Shown piece after piece: positions 49,995 to 59,044 of a DNA stretch of 64,000 nt. Every line of letters starts with the position of its first letter. The stretch's first letter is position 1. The notes below the pieces were generated by a model that made no database searches, had not been told where the DNA came from, and saw nothing but the letters and a program-made list of their open reading frames with translations. A program made the translations under genes and the position numbers. The stretch comes from Candidatus Daviesbacteria bacterium (GTDB lineage: Bacteria > Patescibacteriota > Microgenomatia > Daviesbacterales > UBA10151), in assembly GCA_028712705.1 (NCBI GenBank), contig JAQTPP010000002.1, positions 43,180 to 107,179 of the forward strand. Reading direction: 5' to 3'.

Positions 49995-50750
49995 TTATTT
50001 TTCGTAAATTCTGATTGCTTGCCGATATTTACAAAAGTCACAGTCGCTACCACTATTGGGTAGTTTTTCAGATTTTAAACATTCTATAGCATCGAAAATA
50101 GTTCCTTCAACCCAGCTATCGTCTCCTTCGTATGGAAGAATTTTAATATCAAATTCCAGTTTGGCATCAAAAGCTGCTTTGTCTGTATTGCCATTGCAGT
50201 AAACAAAGTATCCGGTATTTGAAACTTTGAAACAGTTTTTCCTAAAAAGCCACTGGTATATTTCCATCTGCCTTTTATAGCCAATTTGCCACTCGGCATT
50301 GAGGGTAACTTCTTCATCTTTGGCAGTAGCCTTGTAGTCAACTATGATTAGTTCTTTTTTGGGATTAACCCAAAGATCATCAATTCCCCCTGTTACCAAG
50401 ACATTACTGTGATCTATTTTTAAAGTTATTCCACCCCGTAGAGAATCTCTCCACTCATCCAACTTTTCGTGAGCCATAGGGACTGCATCAACTTTGTAAT
50501 GTTTCATCAAAGGATGGGGAGTACCATTTGCACGATGAATATCAAACTCTTTTTTTAACAATTTATCTACAGCAGAATTAAGGGAGAAGGGATACCCAGG
50601 CGGTTGAGCAACTCCTAATTTTCTATCAAGGTAAAAACATCTTGGGCAATTTAAATATAAATCAATTTTTGACCTGCTCAAACGAAATAATTCTTTAGAA
50701 TTCTTATCATATAAATTTCTTTTCCTACTTGGATTGTAATATTTAGACAT
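49995..50750 (-). CDS. Cas4-like/RecB-family PD-(D/E)xK nuclease with 4-Cys cluster
   Basis: N-terminal 'CPRC'; 'GGIDDLWV' (D), 'IIVDYKATAK' (D-x-K), 'QMEIYQ' (QxxxY); C-terminal 'C-x11-C-x2-C'. Start at the Met 4 nt after the upstream gene's stop. Confidence 0.65.
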   Translation of the reverse strand: MSKYYNPSRKRNLYDKNSKELFRLSRSKIDLYLNCPRCFYLDRKLGVAQPPGYPFSLNSAVDKLLKKEFDIHRANGTPHPLMKHYKVDAVPMAHEKLDEWRDSLRGGITLKIDHSNVLVTGGIDDLWVNPKKELIIVDYKATAKDEEVTLNAEWQIGYKRQMEIYQWLFRKNCFKVSNTGYFVYCNGNTDKAAFDAKLEFDIKILPYEGDDSWVEGTIFDAIECLKSEKLPNSGSDCDFCKYRQAIRIYEK

Positions 50751-53583
50751 CTTTGAAGTTGTACTTTTGCTCTCTTTTTTGGAAAGCCTCTCTCCCTCCC
50801 TCAAGAATTTCGCAAACGTGCTGGCGGACACCTTTTCTATAAAGTATAGATTTTTCTTTTGATTCCGATAGTTCAAAAGCATTTTCTAGTGATCCAGATA
50901 CATATTCAAATGTATATTTTCTATTATCTCTACCTTTTTCTTGACCTTCCTGGTTTGCTACTATTATTTCTTCGGCATCAGCTCCAACAACTAGATTAGG
51001 GTTATGTGTTACAAAAATAATCTGTCTTCGCTTTTTCTTTTTCTTGATAAAAGATACCAAATCATCGTATACGGATCGATTATCCAAGTCATCTTCAGGT
51101 TGGTCTAAAAGTATAGGCCATTCTTCATTGCTTAGGTCAATTAAAATTCTTAATAACACAAGACCTTTTTTACCAGGAGACATTTTATCCAATGAATCAT
51201 TTTTATATGAAATTTTGAAATCAAGGTAAAAATAGTCATCCAAAATTTTTGTTACTGCTTCTTTGGTAGATTTATTCTTAACAGTTTTTATTTTTCCATC
51301 TATTACGCTTGTGAAAATAGCAGTTATAAAATCTATATGTTCGTTCGGATTGTATTGATATTCATACTCATCTTTCCACTCAGTACCGTCTATCAATCTT
51401 TTAATATCTACTTTATTTATACAACCATTTATTACTTCATCATTAAATCTTTGCTCATTGAATCCTACTAAAACGTTTAAAGAGATTCCGTCAAATCTCT
51501 TTTCATACTTTTTAAATTCGTCCTTTATTGAATTATAACTACCGAATATTTTTTTATAAACATCAATTAAGAATTCTTTCTCATTTTTATGGCTATTTTT
51601 CTTTGATTCTAGATTCTTTTTTTCAATAGCTATCCTATCTAGTTTACCCTGCTCAATCTTAATTTCTTCATTTTTCTTTTTGAGTTCATCTTGGAGTTTA
51701 ACCTTTGCCATTAGAGGTGTTAGATCTTTTCGGATCTCTTCCAAAAGCTTTTGCTTTTCAGAAACTCTAGTATCTATTAATCTAATTATTTTACCTACAG
51801 ATAATAATAAATTATTACGTACAGTTTCTATCTGATGAAATTCTTTTGTAAATTCATTTTTAATCTCCTCATCTTCTAGATATACTAATTGTTCGTTCTT
51901 TAAATTCTCAAAACTTTTTAATTGTTGATAAATATTTTGACTAAATAAATTTATATGCTTTTTATCTTCCGATAAAAGTGTAACCTTTCTTGTTGCTTCT
52001 TGCTCTTTGTTTAATAATTGTTCGTAATCTTTAATTTGTACAGTAGTTAAGCCAGACTTGATCTTGATTTCGTTAGCTTCTTTCTGCAGTTGCTCTAGAT
52101 ATTTCCTAATACCACTCTCCTCTCCAAGTTGCTTTAAAGTTTGTTCAATTTCTAAAATATCATCCCTGAACTGATATAGATTGTTTATGCTAATAGGAAT
52201 ATTTTTTGAAAGGCTTTTAATTTGCATAAGATCACTTTCGTGTTTTTCTTTCACCTCTTTATCTTGAAGTAGTACATCCATTACGAATCTATTTAAAGTT
52301 TCTCTACTTTTTATATTCCTTTCAGAAAGTTTATTTAAATAATTTTGTGGAATATATAAAATCTTTCTTTCATTTTCTTTAACTTGTGCACCTGTATTTT
52401 TGAGAAAAGTACTTGCTCCATCTGTCCAAACGACTTCGAAATTAAAGTTTGGATTTTCGTCGAATGTATAAGGTAAAACTAATTGTCCATCTGTAAATCT
52501 ACCACCAGCTTCAAGTGGATCAATGGTTTTAGCAATATAATAAAGTAATAAAGATTTACCTGTAGATTTACCGCCAATGATAGCTGTTAAGTTATTGTTA
52601 ATTTCTATTGGGTCTGATTGAAAATTTTCATTTCCGGTACTATCAATAAATCGTATTTTATCTATGAGAAAATATGTTTTTTTTGATTCTGGGCGTTCGT
52701 AACCAAAAGCTACTCTATCCCAAGGCTCAAATAAAATTTGTTTTAATCCTTCAAAAGTTTTATCTGCTTTTATCCAAGTTATATCTTTTTCCGTATTGCC
52801 TTGAGTATTAGTGAACTGTTTCCCTAAAAAATTATCAAGATCGGAGAATGAATGACAGTCTGATGTAGTGACAACAGCTTTAGGCTTTGACTGTATACTT
52901 TTATTTTCATAGCGATCAGTTTGTAAGTAATAATCTTTATTGTTAGCATTTCCGAAGAAAAAATCACAAAAGCTGTCAAATGAGTCAGCTAACTCCTTTT
53001 TAACATTAGAGCTAGGAACAGCCCTTAAGCTCCCCATACCTGAAGCCACCCCTACAATGAGATAAGGACAGTCATTTCCAAAACTATCCTCTAAAGTTTT
53101 TTTTAAATCTTCAATCGAAATACTTACCCGATCATATCCGCCACACCCTGTAATATCTGCATCAACACAATAACATTTTGATTCATCAGGTTGTTTGTTT
53201 TGAAGGGGTAATCTAGAAAGAAAGCTTTTTATTCTTGCAATCTCGCATTGAGGATCAAAAATCAGATGGCATTGTAATTGTTCTGTAGCTTGATTAAGAC
53301 TAATATCTAGTCTCAATTCAATATTTGGAAAGAAAACTTTCCCCTCAAAATCTGAATTACCTTGTATCTTTGAGATAAGTTTTTCATACCCATCTATGGA
53401 AAAGTAATCAGTGATACCAAATACTTCTACATCAGAATTCTTAATTCTTTCCAGAAAAAGATTCCAAACGTCATCAATAATACCGCCTCTTATTTTATAT
53501 TGGTCTTCTCTTTTAGTCTCAGGAGTATGAATCTGTAAATCCCACTTCCTCCATACAGAACCCTTTGGGTATAAATTGTTCAT
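50743..53583 (-). CDS. PHP-domain-fused SMC/Rad50-like ABC ATPase (Ppl/TrlF-like architecture)
   Basis: N-terminus 'KWDLQIHTPETK' His-rich PHP-like. Walker A 'GGKSTGKS'. About 350 aa of coiled-coil-rich insert. C-terminal 'ILLDQPEDDLD' Walker B/D-loop and 'FVTHNPN' typical of OLD/SMC-like ABC ATPases. Confidence 0.7.
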   Translation of the reverse strand: MNNLYPKGSVWRKWDLQIHTPETKREDQYKIRGGIIDDVWNLFLERIKNSDVEVFGITDYFSIDGYEKLISKIQGNSDFEGKVFFPNIELRLDISLNQATEQLQCHLIFDPQCEIARIKSFLSRLPLQNKQPDESKCYCVDADITGCGGYDRVSISIEDLKKTLEDSFGNDCPYLIVGVASGMGSLRAVPSSNVKKELADSFDSFCDFFFGNANNKDYYLQTDRYENKSIQSKPKAVVTTSDCHSFSDLDNFLGKQFTNTQGNTEKDITWIKADKTFEGLKQILFEPWDRVAFGYERPESKKTYFLIDKIRFIDSTGNENFQSDPIEINNNLTAIIGGKSTGKSLLLYYIAKTIDPLEAGGRFTDGQLVLPYTFDENPNFNFEVVWTDGASTFLKNTGAQVKENERKILYIPQNYLNKLSERNIKSRETLNRFVMDVLLQDKEVKEKHESDLMQIKSLSKNIPISINNLYQFRDDILEIEQTLKQLGEESGIRKYLEQLQKEANEIKIKSGLTTVQIKDYEQLLNKEQEATRKVTLLSEDKKHINLFSQNIYQQLKSFENLKNEQLVYLEDEEIKNEFTKEFHQIETVRNNLLLSVGKIIRLIDTRVSEKQKLLEEIRKDLTPLMAKVKLQDELKKKNEEIKIEQGKLDRIAIEKKNLESKKNSHKNEKEFLIDVYKKIFGSYNSIKDEFKKYEKRFDGISLNVLVGFNEQRFNDEVINGCINKVDIKRLIDGTEWKDEYEYQYNPNEHIDFITAIFTSVIDGKIKTVKNKSTKEAVTKILDDYFYLDFKISYKNDSLDKMSPGKKGLVLLRILIDLSNEEWPILLDQPEDDLDNRSVYDDLVSFIKKKKKRRQIIFVTHNPNLVVGADAEEIIVANQEGQEKGRDNRKYTFEYVSGSLENAFELSESKEKSILYRKGVRQHVCEILEGGREAFQKREQKYNFKDV

Positions 53584-53584
53584 A

Positions 53585-53668
53585 TTATTCTTTATTATTT
53601 TCTACAATCGCAATTTCTTCCTGCGTTAGGCCGTAGAGTTTATAGACAAAATCGTTAAATTCAAACAT
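53585..53668 (-). pseudogene. 27-codon ORF (MFEFNDFVYKLYGLTQEEIAIVENNKE) resembling a DNA methyltransferase C-terminal tail; possible gene remnant or coupled micro-ORF
   Basis: 'LYGLTxEEI' is a recurring C-terminal tail of N6-adenine methyltransferases/type IIG enzymes (recollection). Its stop sits 1 nt before the ATPase start codon. Confidence 0.25.
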
Positions 53669-53831
53669 ATTAAATAATCACTTGCGCATAAATTTTTCTT
53701 CAAATATGTCATCAAAAACGGTTTCATTACTTTTACGGTAAATGGCATACCAATAATTTTTATCCATTTATCATGAGTTAGTAAGTTTCCGTATAATAGA
53801 CATTAAAATTTTGCTTATTAGTTTCCATATA

Positions 53832-56800
53832 TTATGAATGATACTGTCTCGTTCCTCTACAGTAAGGGAAACGGGAACAACCATAAAATCTACCATACCT
53901 TCCGGTTCTCAATATCATACCCGAACCGCATTTTGGACAATTTTTATCGTTAGAAATTAGAGCATCATTAACATCTTCGGCAGGCTTTTCAACTAATGTA
54001 TAACCCTTACAATGCATACAAAATCGTCCATATCCGGTTGTCAAATCAGGATCCCTAAAGTCTTTATATTCTCTAACTTCCTTACATTTTGGACACTCCT
54101 TCATTGAACCATTTTGTAAATTTTCTACCGTTTCGTGTATATGGCTTATGACATTATTTTTTCCCACCCCATTTTTAACTAAACTAATTATTCTTTCGTT
54201 AAGAGTTGCAATAGGATTGTTGCCAATGTTGAATTTATTAATTCTTAAAAATCTGTAACCGTAACTCTCTAATACTTTTTCTCTATAAATATCTGATTCG
54301 GAATAATAATCTTGGTAGTTGTATTCATTTATTTCATCGGTATCCTTAAAGTGCTCTTTAAAACCGTCATATTCCATGACGATTTTGTGTTCTTTATGTG
54401 TTTCGTCCTTATATACAAGTAAGAAATCAACCTTATATTTTGGATGATTGTAGGTTCTATCGAGTTGTTTCAAATACTTTCCAAGCTCAAACTGTGGAAT
54501 AAACTCAATGCTATCCTTGTGTTTTGTCCAAAACTCCGTTTGATAAAACCAATTCATGACTTCAGGCTCCATCTTAGACTTCTTATCAGCTTCGGTAACA
54601 CTGTGCTCCTTCTTAGATTCGTTAAGAACAAAATAATAGTGTCTTAAGGCTTCACCTATTGAACCGGTATAATTTTCAATAGGTTTACTTAACACAAAAT
54701 GCATACATTCTTTGGCACGGCTTAAACCAACGTTCAATCTTTGAGCTTTTATTCTTCCTTCTTCTTCAACATCAACATCATTTAAATCTTTAATAAACAC
54801 ACCCCAAAGATGATCATCTTCTTCCATCGCAACCATGGAATAAAATACGAGATCTCTTTCTTCGCCTTGGCAGGTGTCAAAAGTCATTATTTTTAATTTA
54901 AAGGTATCGTAAAAGTAATCTTTTTCCGGTAATTGACTAATTTTTTCAACGAGTAATTTCTGTTGATTGGTGTGGGGCGTTATAATACCAACGCTTTGAT
55001 TAGACCCAGACTCTTTGAGTTTTTTCAACTCCGAAATAATATATTTGACTTCCAATTCATTAGAATTTTGCAACAATTCCGTTTTCCCATCATGTTTGAT
55101 AAACGAAAATTTCAGTACTTCATCAATCGACTTCCCTCGAATTTTCATTACCTGTAGGCTGTCCTGATAAAAGTATTTATTTGAATAGGAAATAATCTCT
55201 TTGTAACCTCTAAAATATTTTAAAAGTTGTATATCGTAGTTACTAATAAAATCAAAAAACTCAAGAATTGAGGTTTTAATATTAAACTTTTTGAGTTTCT
55301 CTAATTTCACACCTTCATTTGAAATATTTTTAACAAAGCTGTCTTCAAGTTGACTTAAATATTTCCTATTTTCTTCTGTGCGAGCTTGCGCAGTCTTAAC
55401 GTTACTAAATTGTTTTCTATCTCCCAAAACTAACACCTTTTTAGCTCTCAGAAGTGCAGGAAAGGCCTGAGCTATGCTTACCTGTGAAGCCTCATCTATA
55501 ATTACTAAATCAAATATTTCAGGTTCAAGAGGAATATACTCAGCATAATCTCTAATTCCAGCCAAAATGCAGGGAAAAGCCTCTTTAAGCTTTAGAAATT
55601 CATTTTGTGGAAACTTCATTTTGCTTTGAATTATTTTTTTCAAAGCGGTTGCGGTAGCTTTGTAATTAGTCCAAAAATCAATCAGCCTATTGTCCATGAC
55701 ATGAGTCATTTGTACAGTAAGCAAGCTTTCAATGTCTTTCTTTTGACTATCGTAGTTGAGATCAGGAATGTCTTGAAAATCCTTTTCAATCTTTTGGTTC
55801 AAACTCAAATATCTGATTAATTTATCGAAATCCAAATCAGATATTTTTGTGAAACTATTATCAGTAAGAGTTTTAAATGACGAAAGATTAACTTTTAGTT
55901 TTTTAGCCGTAAGTGGATACTTATCTATATTTGAGCCAAGATATTTTATATCATCATTTAAAGCTATTAAGTCATTTAAAGATGATAGAGTGCTTTCATT
56001 TTTTATGGCTTGATGAAAAAAGTGTAAGTAGTCGAGTTTACTAATAAATTTGTCATCAAGCTTGCCAAATATTTCATCCGCATAATTATAGATGTTCGTT
56101 GCTTCGTCAAGTTTCTTTAGGTTTTGTTGTGGTTCGATTGAAGATGAATATTTAAAATTTTTTCTAAATTCAGTATTTAGCCGCCCTATCTGATCTTTTT
56201 TGAATAGATAGCCGAATAGCCAATTTTTCTCCTCTTTATATTTTTGTATGGACGAGTTTAGGATTTTTAACCTAGAAGAATCGAAGCTTTCGAACTCTAG
56301 AATTGAATTTACTTTATCTCCATATACTTCACGCAGTTTAGCGACAGATGAAGAAAGAGAGCTTAAAAACTGTAAATATTTTTGAAAATCAGATGTATCT
56401 TTGAAGTCATCAAGAGAAAAATCCAATAACTCAAATATTTTTAGTGCCTTTTCATTTTCATCAGTATTAATTACTAAATTAGCTTTAAGTGTTAAAAATA
56501 TCTTCCGGAATTCTTCAAGATCTATCGCAGACTCCTGCTGTTTAACCACTTCTTCTAAATCAATGGGGAAACCATTGTTTGTATGGTAGCTTTCAAGATC
56601 AAAGTATTCGTGAATCTCTTTTATATCGATATCCTTATAAGTCAATATTTCTGCTTCTATGTCCTCCTTTAATGACTTCTGAGATTTATCAATATTCTGT
56701 TCTAGATCCTTATAGTTTTTCTTTACTGCAAGAAAATTATTTGTAATAGCTTTAATTGATATTGGACTTAGTATCTTTGCATAAGCATTACCTATTTTCC

Positions 56801-58430
56801 CCAATCTTAAAACAGGATTTTGAAAATTATCGTCTGTCCTAACTTTGTTCATCGTTTCCGTTATCTTATCCTCTACAACATCAAGAGCCTCTTTCTTATC
56901 AGACAGAACTAAAACAGATTGGTTTTTAAGTATTGCGTTGAAAACAACTGCGGTTATTGTATGGCTTTTACCTGTTCCAGGAGGACCTTGCACAATAATA
57001 TATTTACAATCATCTTGCTTTATAGCTGATAGTATTTGTAGTTGTTCTTCGTTTAATGGAATCGGGCTTTGAAATACAAGTTTATCCTGTACTTCTTGAT
57101 CATTCCAATCTTCTTGAATTTCTATATTGAAACTTTTTGGGTCTTTCTGAATAAAGTCATCAATTAACTTGTTAAAAGCACCAGCTAAAATATTATCCTC
57201 GGAAGAAAGAAGCTTTAAAATTTCTTCGTAATCGTTTACCAACGCTTCATCAGATTTATCGAATAAGGTTATATAGCATGAATTAGACACCCTAACAAGA
57301 AAACTCTTCGCAACCTGCGGGTCCGTTTTATCTATATCAATATTGTTGTCTAATTCAAAAAAGTTAGTGATCTCATTCAGGATTTCGCTTGTTAATTCCC
57401 TGAAATCATCTTGATGTTGTGCTAGATAGATAATTCTTTCAGCAATGGTTTTTAGATTTCCCTTTTTATCTTTTTCTTGATTATATTGCTGTGAAATGTA
57501 TTCAAGTGCTTTCTTGTTTATGTAGACTTGAGAATCAAATTCTATATTCAATAGATCATTTTGTTTTTCTACAGTAAACGGAATATAGAAAATTGGATAC
57601 TTTGCCTTTTCAAAAGTGATATCGCAAAAATATAGATAAAATTCCTGTTTGTCTAAAATGGTACGGTTCCGCTCCATCTCATATACTTCTGCAAATAAAT
57701 CTCCGACACGGAAACTTTCAAAAAACGACAAAATATTAGTTTTGGCATTATCAATGTCAAAAACATCCTTTAATTGCTTAGGAATGTCTACCTTTTCCTT
57801 TGCCAACAGGAGCTTAATAACTTCTGAAATTTTATTTTCAAGCAAGGAGGTGAGAACAGAGGTAAGTTCCTCTTCCATTAAATAGATACTGTCCTCATCT
57901 CCTAAATTTAAGTTCTCGAGTGGTTTTTCTAAATAATTAATAAATGGTAGTACTAATTTTGATTGAATGACTTTTGAAGTTGCTTCGAGGGCTGTACTTA
58001 ACGCTTGGTCATATTCTTTTTTATACAGAGTAGACGATTTCTCAATCTCTCCACCAATTTGTTCAAGCATCTGAGAAATTTGCTTATTCGTTATTTTTGT
58101 AAGAGATAGCTCGATAAGATCAAGAAGATTTTGGGGTATATTTGTACGGTAGACACCTTTTTGGATCGCATTTAAAGCACTTTTGTCAAAAGAATGATTA
58201 ATTGCTTTCCAAACAAGATTAGAAAAAGCCGGATATTTATTAAGGTTTAAACCAATTAGTAGATTATTACCACTTCGTAATTGAACACTCCGTTTTGGGT
58301 TTCTTCTTTTATGGAAATCTGTTTCCAGAAAATCCATAAAGTATTTAGCAACTTCGCGAATAAAAGTAAGGCTCTTGGAGAGACTAAAAACTTTTTCGTC
58401 TTTATCAGTCTCATTATCAATTAATGCCAT
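53832..58430 (-). CDS. Giant SF1 (Upf1/DNA2-like) helicase fused to a DUF559/Vsr-like PD-(D/E)xK endonuclease and two topoisomerase-type zinc ribbons (Hhe-like architecture)
   Basis: Walker A 'GPPGTGKSHT'; motif II 'IIDEASQ'; 'VLVLGDRKQ'; C-terminal 'FLLVYKDETHKEHKIVMEYDG...REKVLESYGYRFLRI' REase-like; 'CPKCGSGMILRTGRYGRFYGCSRFPYCRGT' zf-C4_Topoisom. N-terminal ~470 aa are DUF4011-like. Confidence 0.8.
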   Translation of the reverse strand: MALIDNETDKDEKVFSLSKSLTFIREVAKYFMDFLETDFHKRRNPKRSVQLRSGNNLLIGLNLNKYPAFSNLVWKAINHSFDKSALNAIQKGVYRTNIPQNLLDLIELSLTKITNKQISQMLEQIGGEIEKSSTLYKKEYDQALSTALEATSKVIQSKLVLPFINYLEKPLENLNLGDEDSIYLMEEELTSVLTSLLENKISEVIKLLLAKEKVDIPKQLKDVFDIDNAKTNILSFFESFRVGDLFAEVYEMERNRTILDKQEFYLYFCDITFEKAKYPIFYIPFTVEKQNDLLNIEFDSQVYINKKALEYISQQYNQEKDKKGNLKTIAERIIYLAQHQDDFRELTSEILNEITNFFELDNNIDIDKTDPQVAKSFLVRVSNSCYITLFDKSDEALVNDYEEILKLLSSEDNILAGAFNKLIDDFIQKDPKSFNIEIQEDWNDQEVQDKLVFQSPIPLNEEQLQILSAIKQDDCKYIIVQGPPGTGKSHTITAVVFNAILKNQSVLVLSDKKEALDVVEDKITETMNKVRTDDNFQNPVLRLGKIGNAYAKILSPISIKAITNNFLAVKKNYKDLEQNIDKSQKSLKEDIEAEILTYKDIDIKEIHEYFDLESYHTNNGFPIDLEEVVKQQESAIDLEEFRKIFLTLKANLVINTDENEKALKIFELLDFSLDDFKDTSDFQKYLQFLSSLSSSVAKLREVYGDKVNSILEFESFDSSRLKILNSSIQKYKEEKNWLFGYLFKKDQIGRLNTEFRKNFKYSSSIEPQQNLKKLDEATNIYNYADEIFGKLDDKFISKLDYLHFFHQAIKNESTLSSLNDLIALNDDIKYLGSNIDKYPLTAKKLKVNLSSFKTLTDNSFTKISDLDFDKLIRYLSLNQKIEKDFQDIPDLNYDSQKKDIESLLTVQMTHVMDNRLIDFWTNYKATATALKKIIQSKMKFPQNEFLKLKEAFPCILAGIRDYAEYIPLEPEIFDLVIIDEASQVSIAQAFPALLRAKKVLVLGDRKQFSNVKTAQARTEENRKYLSQLEDSFVKNISNEGVKLEKLKKFNIKTSILEFFDFISNYDIQLLKYFRGYKEIISYSNKYFYQDSLQVMKIRGKSIDEVLKFSFIKHDGKTELLQNSNELEVKYIISELKKLKESGSNQSVGIITPHTNQQKLLVEKISQLPEKDYFYDTFKLKIMTFDTCQGEERDLVFYSMVAMEEDDHLWGVFIKDLNDVDVEEEGRIKAQRLNVGLSRAKECMHFVLSKPIENYTGSIGEALRHYYFVLNESKKEHSVTEADKKSKMEPEVMNWFYQTEFWTKHKDSIEFIPQFELGKYLKQLDRTYNHPKYKVDFLLVYKDETHKEHKIVMEYDGFKEHFKDTDEINEYNYQDYYSESDIYREKVLESYGYRFLRINKFNIGNNPIATLNERIISLVKNGVGKNNVISHIHETVENLQNGSMKECPKCKEVREYKDFRDPDLTTGYGRFCMHCKGYTLVEKPAEDVNDALISNDKNCPKCGSGMILRTGRYGRFYGCSRFPYCRGTRQYHS

Positions 58431-58491
58431 AGTTTAGATCAATTCTAGCAAAATTCTTTGATTTAAGATAGGAAGAAATTAAACTTGAGAT

Positions 58492-59004
58492 TTACAGACC
58501 CCAGATGCCTCTTTTATTTTTCTTGGCCTCATCTTGAGCTTTAAGTAATAACTCCCGGTAAATAAATGGTTTCTTTTTTTGGTAAACTACAACTTGTGCC
58601 ATGCCAAGTCTGGCAAGTTTCATAGAGACATTTTTGCCATCAACAATTACATAGGCAAGTATCCTGCCAAATTTGTCTCCTTTGTAATTGTCATATTCCA
58701 GTTTTATTTCTTTCCCTTCAACCAATTTTCTGTTTGCTTCAGTGGCCTCTTTTTCAAAAGGCTCATTAGTTTCAGGGGAAGTTATACCAACATACCTGAC
58801 AATTGCCCCGCTGTGCAAAACAATGGTATCTCCGTCAACAATCCGTTCAACTTTTGCTTCCTTTGGAAAATAACTGATATTCTGGGTCTGGTATTTACCT
58901 GTATTTTCAATTAGGTCTTTAATCTTTTTCTCATAAGGAGTATTTTTAAGATGAGGCAATATATCTTCCAGTAAATTTTCTGAAACGGTAATTAGTTTAG
59001 CCAT
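58492..59004 (-). CDS. Staphylococcal nuclease (SNase/thermonuclease)-like protein
   Basis: 'RIVDGDTIVL...VRYVGITSPE' and 'GKEIKLEYD...DKFGRILAYV' SNase OB-fold catalytic motifs. The ORF-track N-terminal extension overlapping the upstream gene was rejected. Confidence 0.65.
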   Translation of the reverse strand: MAKLITVSENLLEDILPHLKNTPYEKKIKDLIENTGKYQTQNISYFPKEAKVERIVDGDTIVLHSGAIVRYVGITSPETNEPFEKEATEANRKLVEGKEIKLEYDNYKGDKFGRILAYVIVDGKNVSMKLARLGMAQVVVYQKKKPFIYRELLLKAQDEAKKNKRGIWGL

Positions 59005-59044
59005 ATTTATGGATCCCGTATCAAGTACGGGATGACAAGGTAGA

